DNA of 59,954 bases, filler included, from Sphacelaria rigidula (Eukaryota): assembly GCA_964200075.2 (NCBI GenBank). It is 10 parts of 10 records of this genome, joined end to end, with 100 filler letters (N's around TTAATTAATTAA, not from the genome) between each part and the next. Parts side by side here need not be neighbours in the genome. Positions count along the whole stretch, not along the records: positions 36,035 to 41,939 come from CAXNAA020023594.1; positions 42,040 to 47,944 come from CAXNAA020023595.1; positions 48,045 to 53,949 come from CAXNAA020023596.1; 7 more parts are not named here. One strand, 5' to 3'. Positions 37,922 to 50,900 of this stretch are shown here, piece after piece. Both the position numbers and the translations under genes were made by a program. Position 1 is the stretch's first letter. The number at the start of each line of letters is the position of its first letter. Below the pieces are notes generated by a model. It made no database searches and had not been told where the DNA came from. It worked only from the letters and a program-made list of their open reading frames with translations.

Positions 37922-40900
37922 CTACGCTGAAACGTTTTCCAAGCTGATTTCGCACCGCCTACCCCTTGCTCCCTGTTACGAGACGCGATCCTGCCGGCGG
38001 CCCTCGCAACCGCGCCGCCGCCTCCCTTGGTCCCCAACACCAAGTACGTGGGCGGTGGTGTAAGCGTCCCGCCACCCTCATACCACGCACCACTCCTATC
38101 AACCATGCTACTGCTACCAGCGGCAGTGGTTGCCGGGGTCGGGGGAGCAGAGGCCGGGGACAGAGAGGACGCCTCGTTACTGGTAGAAGTGGGGGTGTTC
38201 CCCAGAACCTTTCGGCGAACCCTTGCCCCCCAGAACGCAAATGCGCCGCCAGGCTTCGAGAATAATGGGGATGGCGTGCCGTTCGCGGGACTCATCGAGG
38301 TCTTGCATGGGCTTGTCGGTCGATTGGACAAGGGAGGCGGAGGCGGAGGTGGTGTTGTGGGCGGGGTGACGGTAAAGGACAAGGCCGGGCGTGGAGGAGG
38401 AGAAGGAGAAGGTGGCACAGGCGGTGGTGTGGTGGGCATGGGCGGTATGATGGTACCCGAGCTCGTTGTGGATAAATTATCAACAGCACCTGCACCACGC
38501 TGGGAAGTAAGCCGAGAGAGGGGCAAACAGTGGGATACGAGGGTAATGGATTTTTAATACAAAAGTACCCAGGGGGTGTCGCGGGCAAGATATGACAAGA
38601 GGGATGTTGTATGCATTACATCGCTGAGCACTACGATGTGGAGCTACACGCGCAATATATACCCAAGAGCTCCCTATACGAAGTACTACAGTATTAATAG
38701 ATGGCTGTCAGCCTAGTTTTGATTGTACGCAGCACCTCAACTTTTCCCCAACACATGGCTCTCGACATGTCCGAAGAGCAAGATATGCACCTTGTCAGCA
38801 ATTGCACCGCCTTCTTCTCCGTCCGCTCCCTCGGGACAAGACATCAACGCTTTCGACATTATTCGGACCTGCCCATGCTGGATCAGGCCAATGCTGGGTC
38901 GACTCGGCAGCGGGGGGGGCGTCGGCCCCTGCTTCCACAGGAAGTCACTCTTTTTCTTCCTCTTCTCCGATTGCCTCTCCTTGCGCGAACGCACCTTCGC
39001 CTTCCTAAGGGCCGCCGCTGAAGCCGCTGCCGTCGGATTGCAATCGTGTTCGTGATCACCATCACTTTCGTTGCTGCTATCAGTACCGGTGTCGCTGTCA
39101 CTGCAATCGCGGCAATCACTTTTGCCGCCGTTGGCTTCGTGATGGCCGTGTTGCTCGACGGTATCGCCCTCCTCCACAGAGGCGGGGAGTCGGGATGGAG
39201 AAGACGTGGGTGGGTTGCGATGTTCGATATTCTGCGATGACGAACGAAACACAGCGGCGAGACTCATCGACATTGAGCAGAGGAGGCGTAAATGAGTAGC
39301 GTTTTATGCGGCTTGCATATCATCCTGGTGGCACAACACCAGCGGTTGCTTAGTCCCCCCCGTCCCATGTATCTTTATCTATACGTTTATGCCAAATGCT
39401 GAGGAGCTGCGAGTCCTGTCATTGGGGAAACCATCACCAAACTAACATAACTAGTAGTGTGATTATTCTAGGTCCAAAAGTTCGTAGGCAAAGGAACTTA
39501 TCTAGTATCCCGACATGGGTGTGCAGGGGTGGTTGCAATATTCTCCACACCCGAGATGACCCTTCTTACTCCTAAGCACAACACAATAACCGCATCTGCC
39601 TGACTAGGATAAGATCAGAGATAGCATGTTCATGCTGGAGCAGCTGGCAAAATGCCGACTTTCGATCAGTAGCTTGGTGCATGAAAAAAAAAAAAGGAAG
39701 GGTATGTATGTATGTGTACAAGTGTCAGGGCACTACAGTGGACAACACCACAACCAGCGCGTAACGTCGACGATCAACTCAGGACATCAGATTGTGCATA
39801 AGTAACTCTACTTCATGAATCTCACACGGAGTGTCGGTGCCCATCAGATTCCATCACTGCAACACACCATATGTATACGGCATGAACTTCAACTCACACA
39901 TGTTCTGAACAGATCAAGAGGCACCGAGTCATGAAAATTCGAATTAAGTACGATCCGGAAACCGTCTGATACCGCGGAAGCAGATAACCTTCAGGTGTCG
40001 GTATCGCCAGTCCTGTATTACAGAGAAAATAAATAAATGTTCTTGATGGGTATGCGAGCAATAATCTTGGATAAAATGCATAGACAGGAAAACTGTATCT
40101 CCTCTACATGCGGTTTTTCAACACAAAGCTCCGGTACAGTGACAGTGGATACCATGCGCACCTCACTCAAAGCCAGACACCGTAGATGAGTATCGTGACC
40201 CTGCAAGTTCGGTTGATATTTAACCCAACAGTGCACTGCGGCACATCATGCGCACATACGAGTAAAGTTTTTTTTCAGGTTTTTGGGTCACCACGACTCA
40301 TCACGGTTTCTCTTCTATCCCAAACTTTTGGAATCGACGGATATGAGTACCCGACACACTCGTCGTTTGTTCTCTGTGACTAATTTTGAACACGATACGG
40401 GCTCACCTGTCGTTGAGGGTCCTGCGAGTGTACAGTCCTCGGTTTCTTCCAATGAACACAACACTTCTACGCCTCCACTTTTTTGTTCTTCATGTTTTGG
40501 ATATCCATAGCGCTACAGCCGGAAAAACGTATTTTGGTCCATACAAATATTACCCCGTATTGTTCCACCAACACAAAATTGGGAAATGCGTCTCGAGCAC
40601 GACCTACTTTTTTTGCAACGCCCACCGCATCTCAATAAAGGAAGCAAATCGTCTGCGAAATAATCGTGATCGAAGGAGTACGAAGTTTAATCTTGTACTA
40701 CGAGTAGTGTCAAGCATTATATGGCTCACAAAAACACAAAACCGTACATCGCCCAAATATCCTCACAATGTACCTTGCTTCTGGCTTTGACGAGCCCTAA
40801 GCCCTTAAGCGCATTGATGCTGCTTCTCTCTTGGTCCTCCGCCTGTCCTGCTGAACCGGGAGAGTGCTCGAACACACTCAGCTTGTTCCTGTCATTACAA

Positions 40901-41033
40901 TGCAAGAGCAAGCAATACATAAGAGCCCCTAGGATATGCCAGCAGGGAAGTGCGTTCTTATACTCCTCGTGGGTCGGCGGTGCACGTCGATCAACAACAA
41001 ACACGTATCGGCCTTCAGCCACAAATACACGTG
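37922..41033 (-). CDS. Putative multi-exon gene fragment (possibly decaying) encoding a low-complexity Pro/Ser/acidic protein; candidate exons about 40774-41033, 38791-39231, 37922-38499
   Basis: Long open frames bounded by AG/GT with compatible phase-0 junctions; polyproline runs, an acidic tract and a basic KRKKK motif; GTGAG donor at 37921. No domain recognised. Confidence 0.5.
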
Positions 41034-43800
41034 CTATGTCAGCAGCCGCCATAACTAGAGGAATGTGCACACAAAAAAGCACGCAACATAGTTTAATTCG
41101 ACCACGCCACAGCAGATTTTGCCGTGCTCGGCGATAGCTACCAAGTGGTAGTTTGATGGTACTACTGCTTGTAATGAAAGGCGAAAGAAGCAAGGGTGTC
41201 TTGGGGAGGGTATTTCCTACATGCAAGTGTTTTGAAAGATCGTACTCCAAGTGCCCAAAGTTTAAGTAGAGTATTGATCTAATGCTTGATTCATGGTCAA
41301 GATTACTCTGCATTACGCTCTGAGATCATGTAGAGAAGCATTATGCTGGCATGGCAAGGGGTGAGATTCGAGGCGAGTGACACGTCACCGGCAACGATAA
41401 TCAAAATAGTTGATGCATCGACGATATGTTACGCATTTGAAAACAAACCTCGAGTGGGCCAGCTATGATACGAACAATGCTCCTGACGCGTACGAGGTAA
41501 ACGCATGTTACGATATACGTGTACTACTGTTTTCGATCCTATACTGACAGCTGACAGCGCACCTACTGACAAAATATTAGGTACATCATACTGCAGCCTA
41601 CATGCACTTGGAAGTGTATATGCCTCTCCCGACTCGAACCTGGCTTATACCGTGAAACAAGTTCATCTACGCAAGCGGTTGGCGAGCGGTCTCGCACAGA
41701 CGGCATGAAACCCTCTACAATATAGAACAGCACCACAAAAGACTTTGGACTCACCATAGGTGAGGTACCAAACTATATCAGATTAGTTCGGGATCCTACT
41801 ACAGTGTGGTTGGATCGGTTTGGCGACCCACCGCACTGTGCTGCAACCCCTGCTTAAGTGGAAATGGTACTTTGGGGAGAGGGGGGTGTACTCATGATCA
41901 TGCTTGCCATAGTCATCAGACCATTGACCTCGCATCCCTNNNNNNNNNNNNNNNNNNNNNNNNNNNNNNNNNNNNNNNNNNNNTTAATTAATTAANNNNN
42001 NNNNNNNNNNNNNNNNNNNNNNNNNNNNNNNNNNNNNNNCAAGTCGGGTTGCTCACTTGAGCCTCAATTCAGAGTTCAACCTCAATTCGCACAATTTGCT
42101 GTTCAAAGGGTAGTCTACACCAAACCATTTTTTCGAATTATTATCAAAACGTAGATAATGTCACGAGTCCAGGGGAAAAATGAGAATCTGCGGCCGCTCA
42201 CGGGACGTATCAGTTACTTGGGTGCAGGTGGTCTTCCTGAAAGTTTAGCTCAAGACTCGTCGAATTGGACCGTGCGTTTGACATTTTCCGTGACGCTGCT
42301 GCACCGCACTAATACCCTGTGCGGGGTGATTGCTCCCGTGAACCCGTCGCATTAAAAATATATACGCACTCCGAGACGCTACCGCTCAACGATATCTGAC
42401 CCACCCTGTACCCTATGCCGTACAATAATAACGTTATCGGCAATACGACGCCAATCGACCAGCGACGCAGTCCTTTGTCATCAGTTGGGTCAGCAGTGAA
42501 CTGTGATATGCTTACATAGGGTTCACTCGGGAATCTGGGGAAGCTGTGGTGTGAGCAACATTTTTGAGCTTTGAACCTGGCCCAGCTCGTACTTGATTGG
42601 TGATCGTTTCCCGAAAATTACACGTTTATGCGAAAGGATAGTCTAGACGAAACCAGTATGCAGCGTTGCAGACTGGAAGCAGCATGACTCTGGTAATTAG
42701 CACACACGCCAACAGCAGGTGGTCATTGCATATATATTGTTGTCGTCCGGAGTCTGACAGAAAGAAATGGTTACTTGAGCGCGAAATAGTGCGGCAATAC
42801 ACCAGTCAGAGAGGGTACACAGAGAGAGGAACAGCCGAAGAATTCTCACCTTCCTTGAACAGGTAAGAGGTGATCACCAAACATTTTCTGCAGTTCACCG
42901 TCTTGGACATTGAGGGAGGCGAAGTTGCATTTGCAGTTGTATGCGTTGGCGGTGTTCGTGGTATGCAGAAGTCGTCTCCTGTCGTTGATTGCATGTCTGT
43001 TATCCTCGTACCTGTTGCGTCTTGTGTGGTTGGTTGCGGGATTTTTGCTGGCATACCTCAAGTGTTCCCATTGGTTTCTCCGCAAGCGTTCTGCTTCCGA
43101 AGCGTGTTGGTGTTCGGTGGAGTCGCTCATAGTAGTGCTGACGAGTTACGCGGCACCGTCTCTCGTGAAGGGTGTCTGTGTGTCAAGGGTGCTGTATGTA
43201 ACCGAGGTTGCACACCTGTGGTTGTGGCCCGCGGGTGGCCCGCCTTTTTATGTGGTCGGAAAGAGATTTGTTTTGGTTCAGAAGATGACGAGAAATGTCC
43301 TGCGCAAACGCCCCGCGGATGCTGTGGTGGCCAACATGCGACGTTTGTACGCTGTCAAAATGCGTTTGACCATGAGGTTGTAAACATATGTCGAAGTGGG
43401 TTAGTGTGGAGGGGTTATAGGGCGTTGTGCATAGTGTAATCTTCGCACGATCTATACTCATGACCCGGGCGAACTGTTACCTCCGAACAGGCTTGAACAA
43501 TATCCGCAGCCGCCTCTCACTCGTACGCACCTTGCGCACAGCAGACAGAGACGTGGAACAAACTTAGCCGCCGAAGATCCAACCTACGGAACTGCGGATC
43601 CACAGCACGCAGTACGTCCTACCACAACCTACCGCTGTAGCCTCGTAGTAGAGGAGGTTAGGGTCTGTGGTGGCGAGTACAGGGTTGGGACGCTGTTTGC
43701 ATCGGAGAAAGGTGCGTTTCACTTCAGACTCGGTGTTGTGCAATACAGCGGCGACGGTCTCGACGAAAAAAAACAAAAAGCAGTCCACTCCTTTATCAGT

Positions 43801-43925
43801 CATTTTTCAAGTTAACGACAGACGACGACCATTCCTGTCTGTAATATATGAACGAAACAGTCCCCTCATTTCCAGACATTTTTTAAGTTAACGACAGACG
43901 ACGACCATTCCTGTCTGTAATATAT
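43801..43925 (+). repeat. Two 49-bp direct repeats with a 27-bp spacer
   Basis: cattttt(c/t)aagttaacgacagacgacgaccattcctgtctgtaatatat at 43801-43849 and 43877-43925. Confidence 0.9.
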
Positions 43926-45034
43926 CAACATGATCAGTGCAGTAGAGGGCGGAACAGGATCGTACAGCACATTACACCCTAGCACTGTACAGTACAGTAC
44001 AGTACAGTACAGAAGAGTACACAACAAAGTACAAAGCTGTACATTACTGAATACACTATACTGTAGTGCAGTACAACAACAGTGCACGGCAATACATCAC
44101 TCATCACTGCATCGAAACCCGCTCTATTATGCCGCAGTTTACTACAACATTGTCCACAGTGCAATCTCGCCGACTCCACCAACAAAACATGCCTACAAAC
44201 ATTTACTGTGCCAATCTTCGCGCAGGAATCATTTGACATGATTCTCTTTCAGATGGACATAATACACTATGGGTTACTCCACACGTGGACGAATAGCACC
44301 CTCTGGGGCACGTCTACGGGGTTCAGGGAAACTGTGCAATATTTCTCGCGGGGATCTGGCTGTAGTTTTATTGTTGCGCCCCACAGGACGCTTCACAGGG
44401 TTTCACCGAAGTTGTGCAGGGTTTCTCGCGGGGATTTGACTGTAGGATACTATTTTGTGCCACACAGGGCGCTTCACAGGTTTTCGTCACTCCGTGTAGA
44501 ATTCATCGCTGTTAATATGCTGTACAGCCTTTGCAGCGCACATACAAGATAGTCTCTACAGCATGGGCATGGTACTGGCAGAAAAAAACGGTCAAGAAGT
44601 TATAGCAGTGGGACTCAAACTCACAATTCGGTGTGTTGGAATACGTCAGTGTGCACATCGAGCTACCTGGCTTGGTACAACGCATAATATATTTTGTGCT
44701 TCTATTAACGATCAAGCGAAAACCTCTCTAAACAAAAACATACTCGGTTGAGTGATTCTGGTAGACTGCGCACCACGGGGTTTTCAAAAGCAATATACAC
44801 TGGTTTGTGAGGTATATACCGTCTCACTAGCATCTCATCACGCCAAGTTTGTGCTTGAAGTACAGGTGTGGACATACACACGTAACCAATATATGGGATC
44901 TCTACTCAGCGAAAGCTGTTGAGGGATATTCATCCTTTGGGGCTATAGGATGAATTGCTCTCAACAACTTTTGTTGCTTATATGATCCCATACGCTGGTA
45001 ACGGTGCAATATGCGGGATATGCACAGCTGACGC

Positions 45035-45400
45035 TGCTTGCAATAAATCTCTTTTCCCCCAATTTCCGAATGAAATTGGAGGGCAAAGTGAAGATATATT
45101 TTGAGCTTCTTCTGCTGTTCTAATTCCAACTCTGCCAGTGTGCATGGGATTTGCGCAGCAGAAGAAGCTGTTTGGAATAGATCCTTTTTTTTTCCCAATT
45201 TAAATGGGCGAAAAAAAAATCTGTTTTGAATAAGTTGTTCTGCTGTTGGAAACATATCCTTTTTTTGCTCAATTTAAATGGGTGAAAAAAGGATCTGTTT
45301 TGAATAGCTTCTCCTGCTGTCCGAGATATATTCCTTTTTGCCCGATTCGAATAGGGCAAAAAGGAATTTATCTCGGACAGCAGGAGAAGCTATTGCAAAA
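45035..45400. repeat. Tandem array of about 4 palindromic units, the last a near-perfect 92-bp palindrome (45303-45394)
   Basis: Unit cores atcc(t)n.cc.aatttaaatggg..(a)n.gat; the 41-bp arms of the last unit differ at one base. Confidence 0.88.
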
Positions 45401-46529
45401 AAACAAATTTACAGATTTTATACCAAAATAATTTGGAATTTTCGAAATTAGGAAGGCCTCTCCGCAGGGCTGCTTGCAGGGTTTCGACAAAAACGCTATG
45501 CAAAATGCTATTACAGGTACCAGGGGTTGCAAATGCTGCACAGGGGTTTTCACAAAGACTGGAGAACCCTGTGCAGCTCGTCCTACAGGGTGCTATTTGT
45601 CCACGTGTGTCTCTACGCGTCGCCAACCCGCCGGTTAACCTCCAAGGCCGGCGCCTAGCGGCGTACCATTGCGGTCGCCACGCAGCAATGCAAAGCGATA
45701 CGATCCATACCACATAACTCCGGCAACAGTCAACTTTGCAGACAGATCTCGGCACCGACGGTCCTGCCTTGAGTTAAGCTTTCCAAAGATCCCGCTTGTT
45801 GGACTTCTACCCCTCCGCCGGGGGCGCGACCATCACGCCAACTGCGCGTGTTCTGCAGCTAATTTGAGCTCAAAGATTGTACTATGACTTTTGTACGCGA
45901 CCAGGCACACTAAAAATTGTTTTTTTTCGCGCGCAGAACTGATTAACAATACAGGAACTGCTACGAGCTGGGCCAGCTAACAATAATTTTTGAACGAAAA
46001 GTGGAGATGCCATCGGTACTTCGAAGAGTTAGGCGCTGAAATTGTGACACGAGATTTTCATCATCAACCCGCGCAACCCTATTGGGGGTGCAGAGAAAAA
46101 ACAAAAACAAGCAGGAAGTTAGAGCGAGTTGAAGTTCCAGCAGAGCAAATGCTATAATACCTTCCTTGCAAATCAATAAAAACGATGACACCGCGCCAAT
46201 ACATACGGGCACTCGCGTCAACGACATCCTCGTGACGTTTCGGCCAAAAGTACCTCAAATTGTACGCGCCATCGCACAGCAACAGCCTCTCTTAACCATA
46301 TATTTTCGACTTGCGTCACCCCCGGCAGGCCCGTACCAATTTGTCATGATATTTGCAGGGGCTGGTCTCGTCTGTTATCTCGGGCATACATACATGTTTC
46401 GGAGTAAAGCAACGTTTGATATGAATTTTGGTTTCGGCCGTCGAGAAATGCCAGCCTGTTGGAAGAGCCAAGTCGATGTTCCGGATAGTCGATATGAGAT
46501 GCAAGTTGCATGTGCTCATACCTGCGATC

Positions 46530-46905
46530 GGGTATATCTAACACGGTATACCCTAACCCCGGGTAGGGGTATTTCGGGGGGCTTCCAGAGCTCACAGATC
46601 TGTCGGGTACCGGGACTGCATGACAGTCTTACAGAAACTACAGAACTTGTCGGGTACGCTATGGGAGGCTTACAGAAAACTGGTGCCGGCAATCGGGTGT
46701 TTCTCCAAAAGCATACCAGCGCTCCGGGTACGGGTGAACGTTCTGGACAGACCTCACAGAACTGTTTCATGTGAGGGTATGAGAGGCTTACAGAACTCAC
46801 ATAAACTGTCGGGTAGGGCATGGAGGTTGGACAGGAAACTGTACCCGCAATCAGGTCTCTTATCAAAAGCGTATCCATGTCCCCCAGGTATAACGGTATT
46901 GTATC
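46530..46905 (+). repeat. Interspersed element with internal tandem subrepeats of about 40 bp
   Basis: Repeated ttacagaactcacagaa.tgtcgggtac.g..atgg.agg motif, about 5 degenerate units. Confidence 0.7.
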
Positions 46906-47753
46906 TCCATAGCAAAGCATCAATAATAAAACATCATCAAAAAAGGTTATCATCATCTGTCTTCTTCCCTCTCCACACTTCCACGGGGAGCTTCCACCCT
47001 GACTGTCCCAGCTGCTGTCCTCAGCCCTGGGTGACTGAACTACCAACAGCACACCATAGACACGAGAACTTACTAGAGAGAAGAAGGGATTCTCTATTTC
47101 TGCGGAGCGAAATCTAGATTCCTCTCATATATACATAAAGTCAATACCACACGAAGCGTTGAAGAGCATGGCTCCACAGCCCCATTTTCTAACACCTCGA
47201 ACCCGAATGCACCCACCGGGTTATAAGATTTTTCAGGTCACGTCCCGTGCTCAGCGGAAACAAATCGGAAAATGACCTATTTCTGCTGGTTTTGAGGGTA
47301 AGCTTGAAAAGCACTTGGGAAAAAGGTTCAACCCCGGGATGTGTCATTGGTGTGGAAATGTATGTTGCGTCTGATTAGGGAACGCGTCACCTTAGCGCAC
47401 GATTTCTCCATGTCAAGGATGTATTCCACAATCAAGTGTATCCGAAGAACAGAGAAAAGTGAGCAATTTACAGTAACATGTCGTCAAATAGCCCCGACAA
47501 GTTTCGGGGGCTAACACCCCCCAAGTTTAGCACCTCTGACGATCATGTTAGCTGTGGGGCTGAAAGCTCTTATTTGCTCACACTTTTATTCTCATGAATT
47601 ATGGTTGACGTCAGCGTCGTCTTCTCAAATTTGTTCAAATCCACCACGCGTGCGAGACCCGTGGCGTTGGTACCTATGGCGCTACTGCCACGTGCGTCCG
47701 CCGCGGCTCACCACCAGTTATTACTATGATTGTTGTTGTTGTTATTATTTCTT

Positions 47754-47898
47754 GTTGTTATAATTATTACCATTATTGTTGTTATAATTATTACCATTAT
47801 TGTTGTTATAATTATTACCATTACTGTTGTTATAATTATCACCATTATTGTTGTTATAATTATAATCATTATTGTTGTTATAATTATTACCATTATTG

Positions 47899-47944
<46 letters not shown>
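47754..47944 (+). repeat. 24-bp minisatellite (6 copies) grading into (ATT)n
   Basis: gttgttataattattaccattatt x6, then pure ATT to the contig end. Confidence 0.93.
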
Positions 47945-50900
47945 NNNNNNNNNNNNNNNNNNNNNNNNNNNNNNNNNNNNNNNNNNNNTTAATTAATTAA
48001 NNNNNNNNNNNNNNNNNNNNNNNNNNNNNNNNNNNNNNNNNNNNTTTTACATGTCTCCCCTCCGCTTTTTCCCCTAAGCACCTCCGTGGCATGCGGTCAC
48101 TCCGACTGCGGGGTTGGCGGGGCGGGGGGGGGGGGGGGGGGGCACTCGTACCCATCCCTTATCCTGTCATGGGGTTGCAACCCCAGGCTAACACATCAGA
48201 TGGAAGGTTCCCCTCTTACAAACGGAAAGTTCCATCTCTTTTAATGCTGGAGCACGTGCTTCTGAACTCGCATACGCCAGCTAACACGACACTGCCTGAC
48301 CAAGCCTTGACAAGAGCAATGACTTCACGACGGCAACGAACGCGTCGACTCCTTGCACAATGCAAGGCACGGCTTGAAAAACGCGAGAGTCGTCAACAGG
48401 TGAAGCGAAACACAGGGCTCACCGCAGTGCGAATATACGGGAATGCATGTCCGAGACGTCCGTATACAGAAGAATGATGCATACGCGCAAACCGAGCGTG
48501 CGCCCTCCTCCCTGAACGATATCAAGAGGCTGCTGCATGCCTATTGGCCGAAGGAGTTTGCTTTTGCAGTACTTCTGCTGAAGTGCTCATTTCGATTAGG
48601 CGTCCGTCTATGCCAACCAAAGCCGTTCTCCAAAACCTCACGATATTGTCAGCACACAAACTCTCGGAACAGAAATCATGGGCGCTCAAAGGGTTGCAAT
48701 ATTATCCAGTATATTCGTGTACATTCGTTTCAAGGGCGGGGGCATCAGCATGCTTGCTGAAAAAGTTCGCGTTGCTTCAACCTGCAAACCACAGAGCAAA
48801 GATTGATCCAGTGAAAGAGACAGCAACACTGCAAAGGAGCATGCAGGTGACCCTTGCTGCGCTGCTCGTTGTCATTTCGATAGGCTTCGTCACACATCAG
48901 CTTGCATTAAGACGCTGCACCTAATAATCTATCGGAAGCGAGAAATATAGTATTGAGCGTTATCGCAGTTTGGCGGGCGATGTTGGTGATGTACTTCGAA
49001 AAGTGGGAAGAGGTGCCACAAAGGGTGCGTAAGGACGCGTCACTCGACGCACATGCTGTCTGTGGCGGGATTCATCAACAAGCAACAGAAGCAGCTTCGG
49101 CGCTAGACTGAAATCCATAGTGTTTGTCAACACTTGTGAAGTGTCCTCTCTCCTCCCCGGGAAAGGTGCCGCACTATATTCAGACGCCCACCCACGGATT
49201 GGGATGGAAGTACAAAAACACATCTTCACCCATTATGAATGCGAACACAGGCGACCCGGTGTTGTACAGGAGGGGCAGTTTTGTCCCGTAGTAACACTCT
49301 CGTGGAGAAGTGTGACTAAGCATATAAATGTATACCAGCCCTCATTTGGAGGTCTGAAATCTGTACATATAGATCACCATTCAGTAGTTTTGATGCTGTC
49401 AGTTCCTTCGCACAGTACTCCCTGTTTGCTATGAACCGCTTAGCACGGCCACGTCACATACCATTGGACACGAAATCGCATGATATATCAGACCAATGAC
49501 CATATACGAGTATCCCACTCTCTGAGTTTGTAACGCGCCCCGGGTGCGGTCTGTTACGCACCTTGAGGCCTATTACCGCGTGCACATGGTCCGCGAAAAC
49601 TATGTCGTGCTGTCTGTACGCCCAACACCGTCCGTGAAGTCAACAGACAATCAATCTTCGGTCGAAGCTGGACATACTTTGCCCATCAAGTGATTCGCAT
49701 GATGCAAGCCATGCTGTCGGGTGCCCAACAACCCAATCCCCGCTTGTGAGTGTGATCTCTGGCTTTGAGGGCGAGCACTTGGAAGCATGTATTCCGTGGA
49801 ATGCACTTGCTGTGGTTATATGGTCTACTACACGGGTGGAGAAGCCATCGATGATACCACTCTGGACCGAAATCAGTGGCCGGTACGGGCCCAATGATGC
49901 ACGACAATTACCTACCTTTGCGTCTGTAGAGGCGGATTCGGGCATGGCTGTGTTATTGCTTCGATCATTATCGTTCTTGCTTCCACTCTTTGAGCATTCT
50001 TTTTTCACTTTTCCACTCTTCGTTTCTGTCATTTTTCGAGTCCAATTTTATTTTCCCCCGGGTGAAGGCAAAACAAAATTGAAATATTAAATGTTTTTTT
50101 TTTTTTCGGGCGGCCAGGACACATACCAAACACAACAAAAAATGAGGTGGAAAAAGAGAATAATTTCTTGCGGTCAGGGCGGTGGATGGCAAATGTCCAT
50201 GTACCGTACATTTTATCCTCAGAGCGAGTACGTCGTCACAGCTCTGTCAATTTCCACTCTATGGAAAACGGCATCTAGCCCCCAGAATCAGTGCGATGAG
50301 GGGTCGACTCTGGTTTGAAAAAACAAGTTACCAGACACCAGAGATTAAGAAAACGTCCAGCACGCAAGAGAAATATCGCATGCCGACGTTCATCAGAAGG
50401 TGTAGCTACGTGAGAGAGTCGATCGTGGTGTGATGCGACGAAAAAAACGAAGTTTGATTTACATCGGCTGGGGCATGGGTAACCGTTTTCATTGGGAAAT
50501 GGTCGCATTCAGGTGTGTCTGCACCCATGCATTTTCGTTGATGATTGATGCTGGCGTGATTTGCATTTCGCGACACGCACAGACAGCAAATTGCCATCGG
50601 CTCTATTCTACACTACACTACATTATACGACACTTCAGTATAGGTTGGGATTGTCACCGTCTGCAACCCGCATTCCGCGCCCAGTCAGATCGGAGATGGA
50701 GGACGAAGCAGCAACATTTTTTCTCTCCGGTCGAACAGAAAAAAGCAAGTGCGACAAACAAGCAGCAGAAGCTCCTGACATTTTCGGAGAACGAGGCGCG
50801 CGCGGCAAAAGGCCCCTTCGAGTGGCTTAGTGCAACTGCAGATCTCATTGTCGAAAGCTGTGTAGTAGAATTCCGCAGTTGTCGCATTTGCGGAGAACAG

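Noticed and set aside
38027..38557. 176-aa Gly-rich plus-strand ORF
   Set aside because: Antisense shadow of the Pro-rich minus-strand exon, which has the splice signals.
42806..43461. Long ORFs on both strands
   Set aside because: No motif recognised and the strand cannot be decided; not called.
43801..43925. CRISPR-like repeat-spacer-repeat with an internal gacag/ctgtc hairpin
   Set aside because: Only two repeats, eukaryotic context and no cas genes; a local duplication explains it.
46166..47117. Overlapping ORFs of 165-202 aa
   Set aside because: They span a tandem-subrepeat element and show no recognisable domain or splice structure.
47708..47996. Poly-Ile and Tyr/Cys/His repeat ORFs (also 17703-17966)
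   Set aside because: Translations of micro- and minisatellites.
50750..50900. Harbinger DDE-like motif (QLSTMRSAV..KGPF) on the minus strand
   Set aside because: The catalytic Glu and other motifs are absent; the similarity is too weak.
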